Of a stretch of 50,051 bases of DNA, positions 1-7,601 are shown piece by piece (positions within the stretch are counted from its first letter, which is position 1; each line of letters begins with the position of its first letter). The notes under the pieces are model-generated. The model did not search any database, was not told the DNA's origin, and was given only the letters and a program-made list of their open reading frames with translations. The stretch lies in contig JBOHUK010000025.1 in assembly GCA_050734395.1 (NCBI GenBank), positions 1 to 50,051 on the forward strand, written 5' to 3'. The stretch is from Candidatus Dormibacteria bacterium. Lineage in GTDB: Bacteria; Chloroflexota; Dormibacteria; Aeolococcales; Bog-877. A program made the translations under genes and the position numbers.

Positions 1-299
1 GTGCAGTCCGCCAAGGACTTCAGCGGCCCCATGAGGGTGGCCGGCACTTCGGTCTGCCTGTGCAGCGCCTCAGCTACCGGAGTGGCGGCGGGGCCGATTT
101 GGTAGCAGCGCCCTGGGTCCTTCACGAGAAGGCCAGAGTCGACCAAGGTACTGAGGGTGTGGGACACCGTCGGCAGGGGTGCCTGAACGAGCCTCGCTAC
201 GGCCGACGCAGTCCGCTGGTGCGTGGGCAGCTGGGCAACCGCAAGCACGACTTCGACGGATCGCCTGACTGAGTGGATTCTGGTAGGCACTACTTTCAC
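1..299 (-). CDS. IclR-type winged-helix transcriptional regulator, N-terminal part (gene runs off the left edge)
   Basis: Own translation of the minus strand from GTG at 299 gives VKVVPTRIHSVRRSVEVVLAVAQLPTHQRTASAVARLVQAPLPTVSHTLSTLVDSGLLVKDPGRCYQIGPAA... It stays open to position 1. The layout (R-x-h, HTH, G-h-h, Y-x-h-G) fits the IclR N-terminal HTH. It is absent from the ORF track because it has no stop inside the window. Confidence 0.55.
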   Translation of the reverse strand, partial: MKVVPTRIHSVRRSVEVVLAVAQLPTHQRTASAVARLVQAPLPTVSHTLSTLVDSGLLVKDPGRCYQIGPAATPVAEALHRQTEVPATLMGPLKSLADC

Positions 300-670
300 G
301 ATGTGAACGCGACTTGCAGACTGTGTCAGTATGGTACGGGCCAATGCGGGGCCTGTCAAGGCCCTGAACAGGACCTTTGAGTTCAACCAAAGAAGGCCCG
401 AGGAAGTGGGACTGGCTGTCCGGATCCCCTGAGGCTGGTCCGAGTGGTACCTGGTCCGACCATATCGAGATCGGGCATGTGGTTTGTGTCGCAGGAAAGT
501 GCTCCAACCAAATCGTCGACGGCGGAGCCGCGACGGATAAGCCCGCCAACTGCTCCGGGCCGGACCGGGAGCTTCGGCCGCACAGCGCCTTAGGTTGGCC
601 TGTCTGGGCCGCCGCTGACCGCCCAGATGCGACAATTGGAAGCGTTGCGGACTGAGGCTAACGGATCGCA

Positions 671-1246
671 ATGACCACACATCCGGGACCCAAAAGCCAG
701 TTGGCCGTTCACCTGGAGGCGTGCGCCCTCTGCCAACGGGATCAGCCTTGCCCGACTTGGGACGATCTCTACCGGGCTTCGACCGACGGCTCGGATCCCC
801 ACCAGAGCCGCCTCCGCATGGAGGAGCACCTCCGAGAGTGTGATCGCTGTGCCCAAGACCTGCCCTGCTCCGACTGGGATCTCCTTTACAGGGCCGCCGG
901 GCCGATGGCTGATCCGTCGGCGCCACCGCTGCCCGCCGCACCAGCACAAGACCACGACTGGTCCATTGGCGCCATTTTGGGTGGGCTGGCTCTTGCTGCC
1001 GTCGGAGCCGCGGCCCTTCTCATTCCCTGGATCGGAACTGGGAGTAGCACTTCCACCTACTCCGTTGAACTCGTCCAAGGAGTTTGCAGTTCAGCCTTGG
1101 GGCAGTTCGCCCAGCTTGCCAGCGGTAGCAGTCAGGTAGCTTGCAGTCAGGTCGCCACCATCTTCTTCGGGGCTTGGGCAGCGATCGTGATCGGCGCCAT
1201 ACTCTTCACCGTGGGGATAATCGCGATGATTCCTCGGAGGGCTTGA
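671..1246 (+). CDS. Membrane protein with two tandem HxxxCxxC (ZAS / zf-HC2-like) motifs and two C-terminal TM helices
   Basis: 191-aa ORF. It contains HLEACALCQRDQPCPTWDDLYRA followed by HLRECDRCAQDLPCSDWDLLYRA, an internal duplication. Two hydrophobic segments follow: WSIGAILGGLALAAVGAAALLIPWIG and IFFGAWAAIVIGAILFTVGIIAMIP. Confidence 0.6.
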   Translation: MTTHPGPKSQLAVHLEACALCQRDQPCPTWDDLYRASTDGSDPHQSRLRMEEHLRECDRCAQDLPCSDWDLLYRAAGPMADPSAPPLPAAPAQDHDWSIGAILGGLALAAVGAAALLIPWIGTGSSTSTYSVELVQGVCSSALGQFAQLASGSSQVACSQVATIFFGAWAAIVIGAILFTVGIIAMIPRRA

Positions 1247-1491
1247 CAACCACCTAACTCAAGCCCAGCGCGGAGCGCACGGCGCGTGCGACCTTGGCGA
1301 TCTGTGGAGCTGCGGCACCCCACACCCCGGTGAGGTGTTGGCTGGGAACCACGTCGATCTCATGACCACCAAGTTTCGCGACGATAGGCCGAAACTCGCA
1401 GTCCTCTAGGCGATACGGGTTGGGCAGCGCCGGCGTCAGGCCGCCGGTATCGCAGCCGGAGAGCCGCCGCCCAGGTGCTTCCACCGGACGG

Positions 1492-2232
1492 TCACGGTCT
1501 TCGCTCGGCTTGTCGCTGAGCAATCTTTGCGGGCGTGATGTACAGCAGTTCGAGCAGGGTTTGCGTGAGGCGAGCGACGTCCTTTGCCTCCTCGATCGAA
1601 ACGTCGCCGAACAAGTCGGGGTGCACGCCAGCGTTGCCATAGAGGCGTACGTGATCCACCCAGTCTCCGATTGTTGCGGTCAACCCTCCGTCGAAAACCA
1701 GCTGCTTGACCTTCTCTTTGAGGTCGCCTTTGGCTTTAGCAGTCACTGAACCCTTGTCGTCCACGATCCAAGTCATTGCCGTGCGGAACATGGCGACAGC
1801 CCCGTTCGGCGCCGCGGCACCGAGACAGCGAATGCCCTCGCTATACGCCTCTGCGACCTTCGTGGGAACGGCCGGGCCGCTGTGGCCCGCACCCGATACG
1901 GGCCACCAGAAGATTCCCTCCCAACTGATGCGCCCCGACTGTTTCGTGCGCGAACCGTCATGGAGCTGGTCCTCGATCACGACAATGCGGTCATGACAGC
2001 CATTGCACTCCAGCACGGAAAGTCGCTGCGTCCCTAGGCGGCCCTGTGATCCGTCCCGGTTGGCGACAAAGACGTCGCGCCGGAAGGTCAGGTCGGCTGC
2101 CCCAGCCGGCGTGAAGGTGGCGACCCTCCCGCAGCGGGGACAGGGTCCATTCGGATCGGTGGAGTCCGGGAGTCTGTCCGGGTCGCTCGTCGGGTTGCTC
2201 GTGCTCACATCCCGATTATCTCGCTTCGACAC
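1492..2232 (-). CDS. Zn-ribbon + DUF4145 domain protein
   Basis: 246-aa ORF. The N-terminus has CPRCG...CNGC, a 4-Cys ribbon. The C-terminal half (VPTKVAEAYSEGIRCL...AVAMFRTAM...VDHVRLYGNAGVHPD...EEAKDVARLTQTLLELLY) matches my recollection of the DUF4145 pattern (E-A...R..GN.a.H). Confidence 0.65.
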   Translation of the reverse strand: MSKRDNRDVSTSNPTSDPDRLPDSTDPNGPCPRCGRVATFTPAGAADLTFRRDVFVANRDGSQGRLGTQRLSVLECNGCHDRIVVIEDQLHDGSRTKQSGRISWEGIFWWPVSGAGHSGPAVPTKVAEAYSEGIRCLGAAAPNGAVAMFRTAMTWIVDDKGSVTAKAKGDLKEKVKQLVFDGGLTATIGDWVDHVRLYGNAGVHPDLFGDVSIEEAKDVARLTQTLLELLYITPAKIAQRQAERRP

Positions 2233-3298
2233 CTATGCCCTCAGGAGGGTCGGACCGACTGGCGTGGGATCCAGGATGGTCTTCCCCTGTCGAAGCGGTC
2301 CCTCCAGGGTGCCTCCGGCAGAAGCAGAGGTGCGACACACGACCAGAGCGTGAGTTGTGCCGAGCTATCCACACGGCTGGGACTCGCTACCCGGCTTGCG
2401 TGGCAGTCGCTTATCGGGCCGACGTGGGACATCCGACATTGCATTCCGCCGCGCGTAGCTGTTCATAGATGGGTGGTTTTGGATGGGTGCATTTGGCCCG
2501 GACGTGAGGATCACGTCGCGGCACCCCGGGACCCATGGACCTACCGGGCCTGGAAGACAGGGCGGAGCCGGGTCCGTGATATGGACGCGGACTCCGCCCT
2601 CGCTGCCACGGGTGGCTGGTGGTGCGAACTGGAAGCACGAAGATCCGGCGTCTGCGCCGGGACCCGTACTGCGGTCTCCGCTCTAGGCAGCCCCACCCCT
2701 CGGAAGTGCGCCCAAACGGCACTTCGCCGTGCAGACTCGGTCCCTGCGAGTAATCACTTATGGGGTGCTCGCGCACCTGCCGCCGCGAGGTGCACGCGCT
2801 GACCGGGGAAGATTAGCGCTGGCAGGTCGCGACGTCCGGCCAGATACACCAACGTGCGGTCCAAACCGGGTACTCGACCAGCTCGGCTGACGATCGGGTC
2901 AGTCAAGTGGTCGGCACGGGCCAGCGCAACCACGGCGCCGCGCACGAGGTCGGGGTTGAGCGAGGCTAGCTCCAAGCTGGGCCTGCCCGTCAAGAGCAAG
3001 GGCGGAAACATGAAGACTCGCGTGCTTCTGTACCGAGCCGGCCGGCGCGCCGCCGCTCGCGCTCGGACCGGCGCCGACCCTCCGCCGGAGCTGGCTCCCC
3101 CAGCGGCCTGAACTCAACTTCCCCCCGAGGGTGGGTTCAGCGCGCCCGAGGACCCACGGGCAGCTGGCTGGCCCCCGGCTTGACCCCTGTCAGAGGGTCA
3201 CGACGCGCCCCAGCGGTGCTGCTCACGTCACTTTCTTCCCAGTCAGACCTGCAAATCGCCTCTTCCAGGCAACCTTGCAACTCGCCATACAACAACCC

Positions 3299-3687
3299 TG
3301 GTGGAGGCGCCGGGAGTCGAACCCGGGTCCGAACGCGCGTTCCGCGAGACCTCTACGTGTGTAGCCCGGATACTGCTCTCGCCTGGTGGCCGCCTCCGGA
3401 CCGGCTGCCGCCTGACCAGTCTCAGTTGGTGTCCCCGGAAGCGCTGAGACGCCGGCTCCGGGCAAGTTCGCTGTATTAGCGTCGGATCCGGGCGCCGCGG
3501 ACACTCGCCCGGTCGACGTCGGGACTAAGCCCGAGCTTTTGGCCCTACTGCTTGATCAGATCAGGCAGCGTAGGCCAGAGCCGGTTGGCTCGAGTTCTTG
3601 GCATTTGATTGCCTTTCCCGGTTTTACGAGCCCGGGGCTCGACACGCCATCTCGCAACCCGCGCACCCGTCGAAGCCACACGCCCCC
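3299..3687 (-). ncRNA. ssrA: tmRNA (transfer-messenger RNA)
   Basis: On the minus strand the 5' end reads GGGGGCGTGTGGCTTCGACGGG and the 3' end reads GGGTTCGACTCCCGGCGCCTCCACCA. The acceptor stem GGGGGCG/CGCCTCC includes a G3:U70 wobble, the AlaRS identity element. An internal tag frame at 3561-3602 (GCC AAG AAC TCG AGC CAA CCG GCT CTG GCC TAC GCT GCC TGA) encodes AKNSSQPALAYAA-stop, a typical degradation-tag ending. A TATGAT -10-like box lies 18 nt upstream of the mature 5' end (3706-3711). Confidence 0.93.
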
Positions 3688-3856
3688 ACGAGCGGTTGCC
3701 GCGAGATCATACCCCAGCTCGGGCCGACTCAAGCTCAAGGCTCGACCGAGCGGGCGTGAGACCGAATCCGGGCTCGCCGTGATCCCCCGCTGACGGCCGC
3801 GTCACGAGGCGGCGAACCCGGGTTGGGATTGGGCTTGTGTCACCTAGCCTCGCCAG

Positions 3857-6070
3857 GTGGCTGGGAGCTTGAAGGGGGAGGCTGCGTCTCCCCGGGTGCA
3901 GGCCGCGGCGCAGCGCGCCGGGCGCGTGGGGCTGGCGGCGCTGATTGCCATCTCGGGTGTTCTCACCAACCTCCCATCGGCCAGCGCCACCACCTCGGGC
4001 AGTGCCTACACGGCCCTGCCCCCGACGCGCCTGCTGGACACCAGGGTGGCCGGTGAGCCCAACCGCATCGGTCCCGCTGGCGTGCTCTCGCTGGGGGTGC
4101 TAGGCGCCTTCGGCTCGGTGACCGTCCCGCCCGCCGCAACGGCGGTCGCCCTCAACGTGACCGTGACCGACACCACCGCCGCGAGCTACATGACGGTCTT
4201 CCCAGACGGCGCCCCCCAGCCCAACTCGTCCAACCTCAATTGGACGGCCGGGGCCACCGTCTCGAACCTGGTCCTTGTCGAGGTGGGCAGCGGCGGCGAG
4301 GTCGACTTCTACAACCTTCAGGGGCAGGCGGACCTGGTCGTCGACCTGGAGGGCTACTTCGCTCCCGAACCTCAGGCGAGCACGGCGGGCAGCTATGTGC
4401 CGCTGCCGCCGGCGCGGATCACGGACACGCGCCCAAACAGCGGTGAACCCAATGCCGGAGCCACCCTGGGCACAGCCGGGGTACTCCAGGTGCAGGTCGC
4501 GGGAGCAGGAGGGGTGCCCGCCCAGGGCGCCAGCTCGGTCGTGCTCAACGTCACCGTCACCGACACCACCACGGCCGGCTTCCTCACCGTCTATCCCAGT
4601 GGTTCGCCGCCGACGGCCTCCAACCTGAACTGGGCGCCGGGGCAGACGGTCGCCCGGCGGGTGATGGCACCACTCAGCTCCAGCGGGCAGGTGACGGTCT
4701 ACAACGACCTGGGCAGCACGGACGTGGTCGTGGACGTGAACGGCTACTTCAGCGACGGCAGCGCCCCTCCGGCCAACGCCGCCCTCTTCACCCCGATGGT
4801 CCCAGCGCGGGTGCTGGATACGCGCCAGGCGACGGGCCCCCTGGGCTCGGGCGGCGCGCTCGAACAGGGGATGGCGGACCTGGATGGGATACCCGCCTCC
4901 GCCTCGGCGGTCGCGGCCAACCTCACCGTCACCGACACCACCGCTGCCAGCTATCTCAGCGTCTACCCCGCCGCCAACACCGGGTCCTCGGACCTCAACT
5001 GGGTCGGGGGCGACACTCTGGCCAACCTGGACCTGGTCACCCTCAACGACAACGGCACCCTAAACGCGTACAACGCCCAGGGGGCAACGGACGTGGTGAT
5101 CGACGCCTTCGGCTACTTCGTGCCGCTCAACCCCCAACCCGAGATCGTGACCAGCCTGGAGCCGCCACCGGACATCGGCCTGCCCTACGCGGGCTCGCTG
5201 GTGGGCGCGAATGGGACAGCACCCTACAGCTTCAGCCTGGCCAGCGGCAGCCTGCCACCGGGGATGAGTATCTCGAGCCAGGGCGTCGTAACTGGGACCC
5301 CAACCGCTGTCGGAAGCTACCAGTACACGGTCTCAATGACCGACTCCAGCAGCCCCGCCAACCTGGTCACCGATCCGCTCGCCCTCACGGTCGGGCTGGC
5401 GCCGGACGCGGTGATGCCGGGCGAGGCGGGTAGCGTCCCATTGCTCGGCTCGGCCCTCAGCGGGAACGGGACGCCGATCCTGGACGCCTCACCGGGGACC
5501 CACCTCTACTTCACCCTGGGGGCGGGTGGCACCGCCCAGTGGAGCAGCAGCGAGCCGCCCTCCGCCTACCCCGGGGCGGCAGCCCTGAACGCCGCCCTGG
5601 CCTTTCCCACCGCGCCCGACAACTCAGTGATCGAGGGCATCATCAGCCAGTGCGACCCCTACTGGGGGCTGCCGGACGCGCAGATGGGCTCCTGCCTCAA
5701 CCTGCCTGACTACCGCGGTGAGTGCTCCTACTGGGCGGCGATGAACTGGAGCGGCTCGGACCCCACCGCCATCACCGCCAACGGCAACGCGGTGGCGGCC
5801 CGGGCTCTGGCCGAGTCCGCGCTCACCGGAGCCAGCTACTCGGCGGTCCCCGCGGTGGGCGAGCTGGTCAGCTGGCAGCCGGACCCGCCCTACTACTTCG
5901 CGCCCTACGGTCACGCGGCGGTGGTGGTGGGGGTCAACCCCAGCCACTTCACCTACGTGGTGGAGGAGATGAACTACGGCAGCAATGCCGACAACGACTG
6001 GGACATCGACCTCCGGGTGGTGAGCGACGACGCCCACCAGCCACCGAGCTTCGCGGCCCCGCCCGCGTGA
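3857..6070 (+). CDS. Secreted cell-wall hydrolase: signal peptide, 3 tandem beta-rich repeats, Ig-like domain, C-terminal CHAP domain
   Basis: 737-aa ORF. The signal-like N-terminus is GRVGLAALIAISGVLTNLPSASA. Three repeats of about 115-120 aa follow. An Ig-like motif follows (PYSFSLASGSLPPGMSISSQGVVTGTPTAVGSYQYTVSMTD). The CHAP-like catalytic pattern is GECSYWAA...YGHAAVVVGV...EEMNYG. The exact start is uncertain; the track start is a GTG. Confidence 0.8.
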   Translation: MAGSLKGEAASPRVQAAAQRAGRVGLAALIAISGVLTNLPSASATTSGSAYTALPPTRLLDTRVAGEPNRIGPAGVLSLGVLGAFGSVTVPPAATAVALNVTVTDTTAASYMTVFPDGAPQPNSSNLNWTAGATVSNLVLVEVGSGGEVDFYNLQGQADLVVDLEGYFAPEPQASTAGSYVPLPPARITDTRPNSGEPNAGATLGTAGVLQVQVAGAGGVPAQGASSVVLNVTVTDTTTAGFLTVYPSGSPPTASNLNWAPGQTVARRVMAPLSSSGQVTVYNDLGSTDVVVDVNGYFSDGSAPPANAALFTPMVPARVLDTRQATGPLGSGGALEQGMADLDGIPASASAVAANLTVTDTTAASYLSVYPAANTGSSDLNWVGGDTLANLDLVTLNDNGTLNAYNAQGATDVVIDAFGYFVPLNPQPEIVTSLEPPPDIGLPYAGSLVGANGTAPYSFSLASGSLPPGMSISSQGVVTGTPTAVGSYQYTVSMTDSSSPANLVTDPLALTVGLAPDAVMPGEAGSVPLLGSALSGNGTPILDASPGTHLYFTLGAGGTAQWSSSEPPSAYPGAAALNAALAFPTAPDNSVIEGIISQCDPYWGLPDAQMGSCLNLPDYRGECSYWAAMNWSGSDPTAITANGNAVAARALAESALTGASYSAVPAVGELVSWQPDPPYYFAPYGHAAVVVGVNPSHFTYVVEEMNYGSNADNDWDIDLRVVSDDAHQPPSFAAPPA
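4007..5119 (+). repeat. Three tandem protein-level repeats (aa 51-169, 180-298, 311-421) inside the CHAP protein
   Basis: Each unit carries P-P/A-R-h-h-DTR, then LNVTVTDTT..(Y/F)(M/L)(T/S)V(F/Y)P, then SNLNW, then D-h-V-h-D-h-x-GYF. The LNVTVTDTT segment is also similar at the DNA level at about 4151, 4545 and 4920. Confidence 0.85.
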
Positions 6071-6113
6071 CCCGGCTCAGGCACCAGCCCTAGCGCCCGG
6101 GCGCCGTAGCCGC

Positions 6114-6590
6114 TCAGCCCGGAACTCGGACCTCGTGGCGCAGGCCACGCTCGATCTGGCGGCGGGCCTCGCGCTCGGCGATCACCTGGCGCTTGTCGAA
6201 CTGCCGCCTCCCCCGCCCCACTCCCAGGGCGAGCTTGACGCGGTTCCCCGAGAGGTGCAGGTCCAGCGCCACCAGGGTATTGCCGGGCTGCTTGCTCACC
6301 CCCAGCAGGTGGTCGATCTGACGGCGGTGCAGCAGCAGCCGGCGGGAGCGGCTCGGGTCGTGGTTCTGGCGGTTGCCGAACTCATAGGGACGGATGTGGG
6401 CCCCGTGCAGGAACGCCTGCCGCCCCTGGATCTGGACGTACGCCTCGGTTATCTGTCCCCCGCCCTGGCGGAGCGAGCGCACCTCGGTGCCGGTCAGCTC
6501 CAGCCCCGCCTCCAGCTGCTCCAGGATCTCGTATTGGAAGCGCGCCCGGCGGTTGCGAGCCAGGAGCCGCTCGCGCTCCGGCTCAGGCAT
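6114..6590 (-). CDS. smpB: SsrA-binding protein SmpB
   Basis: 158 aa with NRRARFQYEILEQLEAGLELTGTEVRSLR...LLLHRRQIDHL...VALDLHL, the canonical SmpB pattern. The start overlaps the fmt stop by 8 nt. Confidence 0.93.
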   Translation of the reverse strand: MPEPERERLLARNRRARFQYEILEQLEAGLELTGTEVRSLRQGGGQITEAYVQIQGRQAFLHGAHIRPYEFGNRQNHDPSRSRRLLLHRRQIDHLLGVSKQPGNTLVALDLHLSGNRVKLALGVGRGRRQFDKRQVIAEREARRQIERGLRHEVRVPG

Positions 6591-7518
6591 CGGACGAGGA
6601 CCCCAACTGCGGCCGCCGACCGCGCAGATAGGCGGCGGCGCTCATGGCCCGACCCCCCGGGGGCAGCACCCGGTCCAGCCGGTAGACGCCCGAGACGGTC
6701 GCCACCAGCACCCCCTCGCCCGCCACCCCGACAACCGCACCCGGCCGGGCGCCCGGCTCTCCACTCGTTGCCACCACCTGCCCGGCGAGCAGCTTGACCT
6801 GGCGCCCCGCCAGCGGGAGCGTGACCCCCGGCCACGGCTGCAGCGCTCGCAGGCGCCGGTCGATCTCGCGCGCCGGCAGCTGCCAGTCCACCCGGCCGTC
6901 CTCGCGGCGCAGCTTGGCGGCGTAGCTGGCACCCGCCACCGGCTGGGCCCGCTCCGGGAGCCCGCCCTCATCGAGGCGGTCCAGGACGGAGACCAGCAAC
7001 GGCCCGGCCTGCTCGCCCAGGCGCTGCTCCAGCTCGGGACTGGTCTCGGTGGGGAGCAGCGCCAGCGCCTCCTGCGCCAGGATGGGGCCGGCGTCCCACT
7101 CTGGGGTCATGCGGAAGATGGTGACGCCGGTCTCCTCCTCCCCCGCCAGGATGGCCGCCGCCACCGGAGACGCCCCGCGATGTCGGGGGAGCAGCGAGGG
7201 GTGCACCCCGATCCCGCCCTGCTCCAGGGCGGAGAGCAGATCCTGGGGCAGCAGCTGGCCGTAGGCGGCCGCGACCAGCCCCTGGGCGGAGCCGGCCGCC
7301 TCCTGCACTGGCCCCGGCCCGGAGCTGACGCGCTCCGGCTGGGACAGCGGCAGCTCGAGTGAGCGCGCCAGCTCCGCGACCGGGCGGGGGGCGGGCCGGC
7401 CCCGGTTCCCGGAGCGCTCCGGTACGGTCAGGACCAGGAGCGGGCGGTGCCGAGAGCGGGCCAGCGCGCCCAGCACCGGCAAGGAGAAGGGGTCGGACCC
7501 GGCGAAGATCACCCGCAA
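6583..7518 (-). CDS. fmt: Methionyl-tRNA formyltransferase
   Basis: 311 aa with RVIFAGSDPFSLPVL...HPSLLPRHRGASPVAAAILAGEEETGVTIFRM. TTG start preceded by GGAGGGA. Confidence 0.92.
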   Translation of the reverse strand: MRVIFAGSDPFSLPVLGALARSRHRPLLVLTVPERSGNRGRPAPRPVAELARSLELPLSQPERVSSGPGPVQEAAGSAQGLVAAAYGQLLPQDLLSALEQGGIGVHPSLLPRHRGASPVAAAILAGEEETGVTIFRMTPEWDAGPILAQEALALLPTETSPELEQRLGEQAGPLLVSVLDRLDEGGLPERAQPVAGASYAAKLRREDGRVDWQLPAREIDRRLRALQPWPGVTLPLAGRQVKLLAGQVVATSGEPGARPGAVVGVAGEGVLVATVSGVYRLDRVLPPGGRAMSAAAYLRGRRPQLGSSSDA

Positions 7519-7601
7519 CTCTTCATCCCTCCGCGCTCGGCGTGTTCATGCTGGGGCCCGGCGCTGTCGGAAGTCTCCCAGACGGTGCCGGCGCCGAGCC
7601 C

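Noticed and set aside
377-655. 92-aa plus-strand ORF in the 371-nt gap between the IclR-like gene and the double-ZAS gene.
   Set aside because: It has no recognisable motif and mixed composition. It more likely lies within a divergent promoter region.
1254-1640. 128-aa minus-strand ORF overlapping the 3' end of the DUF4145 gene.
   Set aside because: Its start would overlap the DUF4145 gene by about 150 nt in another frame. Only the last 50 or so residues (YRLEDCEFRPIVAKLGGHEIDVVPSQH...) look protein-like, and I recognise no family. At best it is a gene remnant.
2233-3298. Expected tyrosine integrase next to the tmRNA 3' end.
   Set aside because: No frame shows integrase box motifs (HxLRH and the like), and no ORF exceeds about 150 codons with protein-like composition. 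I report only that the region is ORF-poor.
6093-6104. Perfect palindrome GCGCCCGGGCGC between the convergent CHAP and smpB genes, as a possible bidirectional terminator.
   Set aside because: It leaves no loop and has no flanking T/A tracts. It is too short to call.
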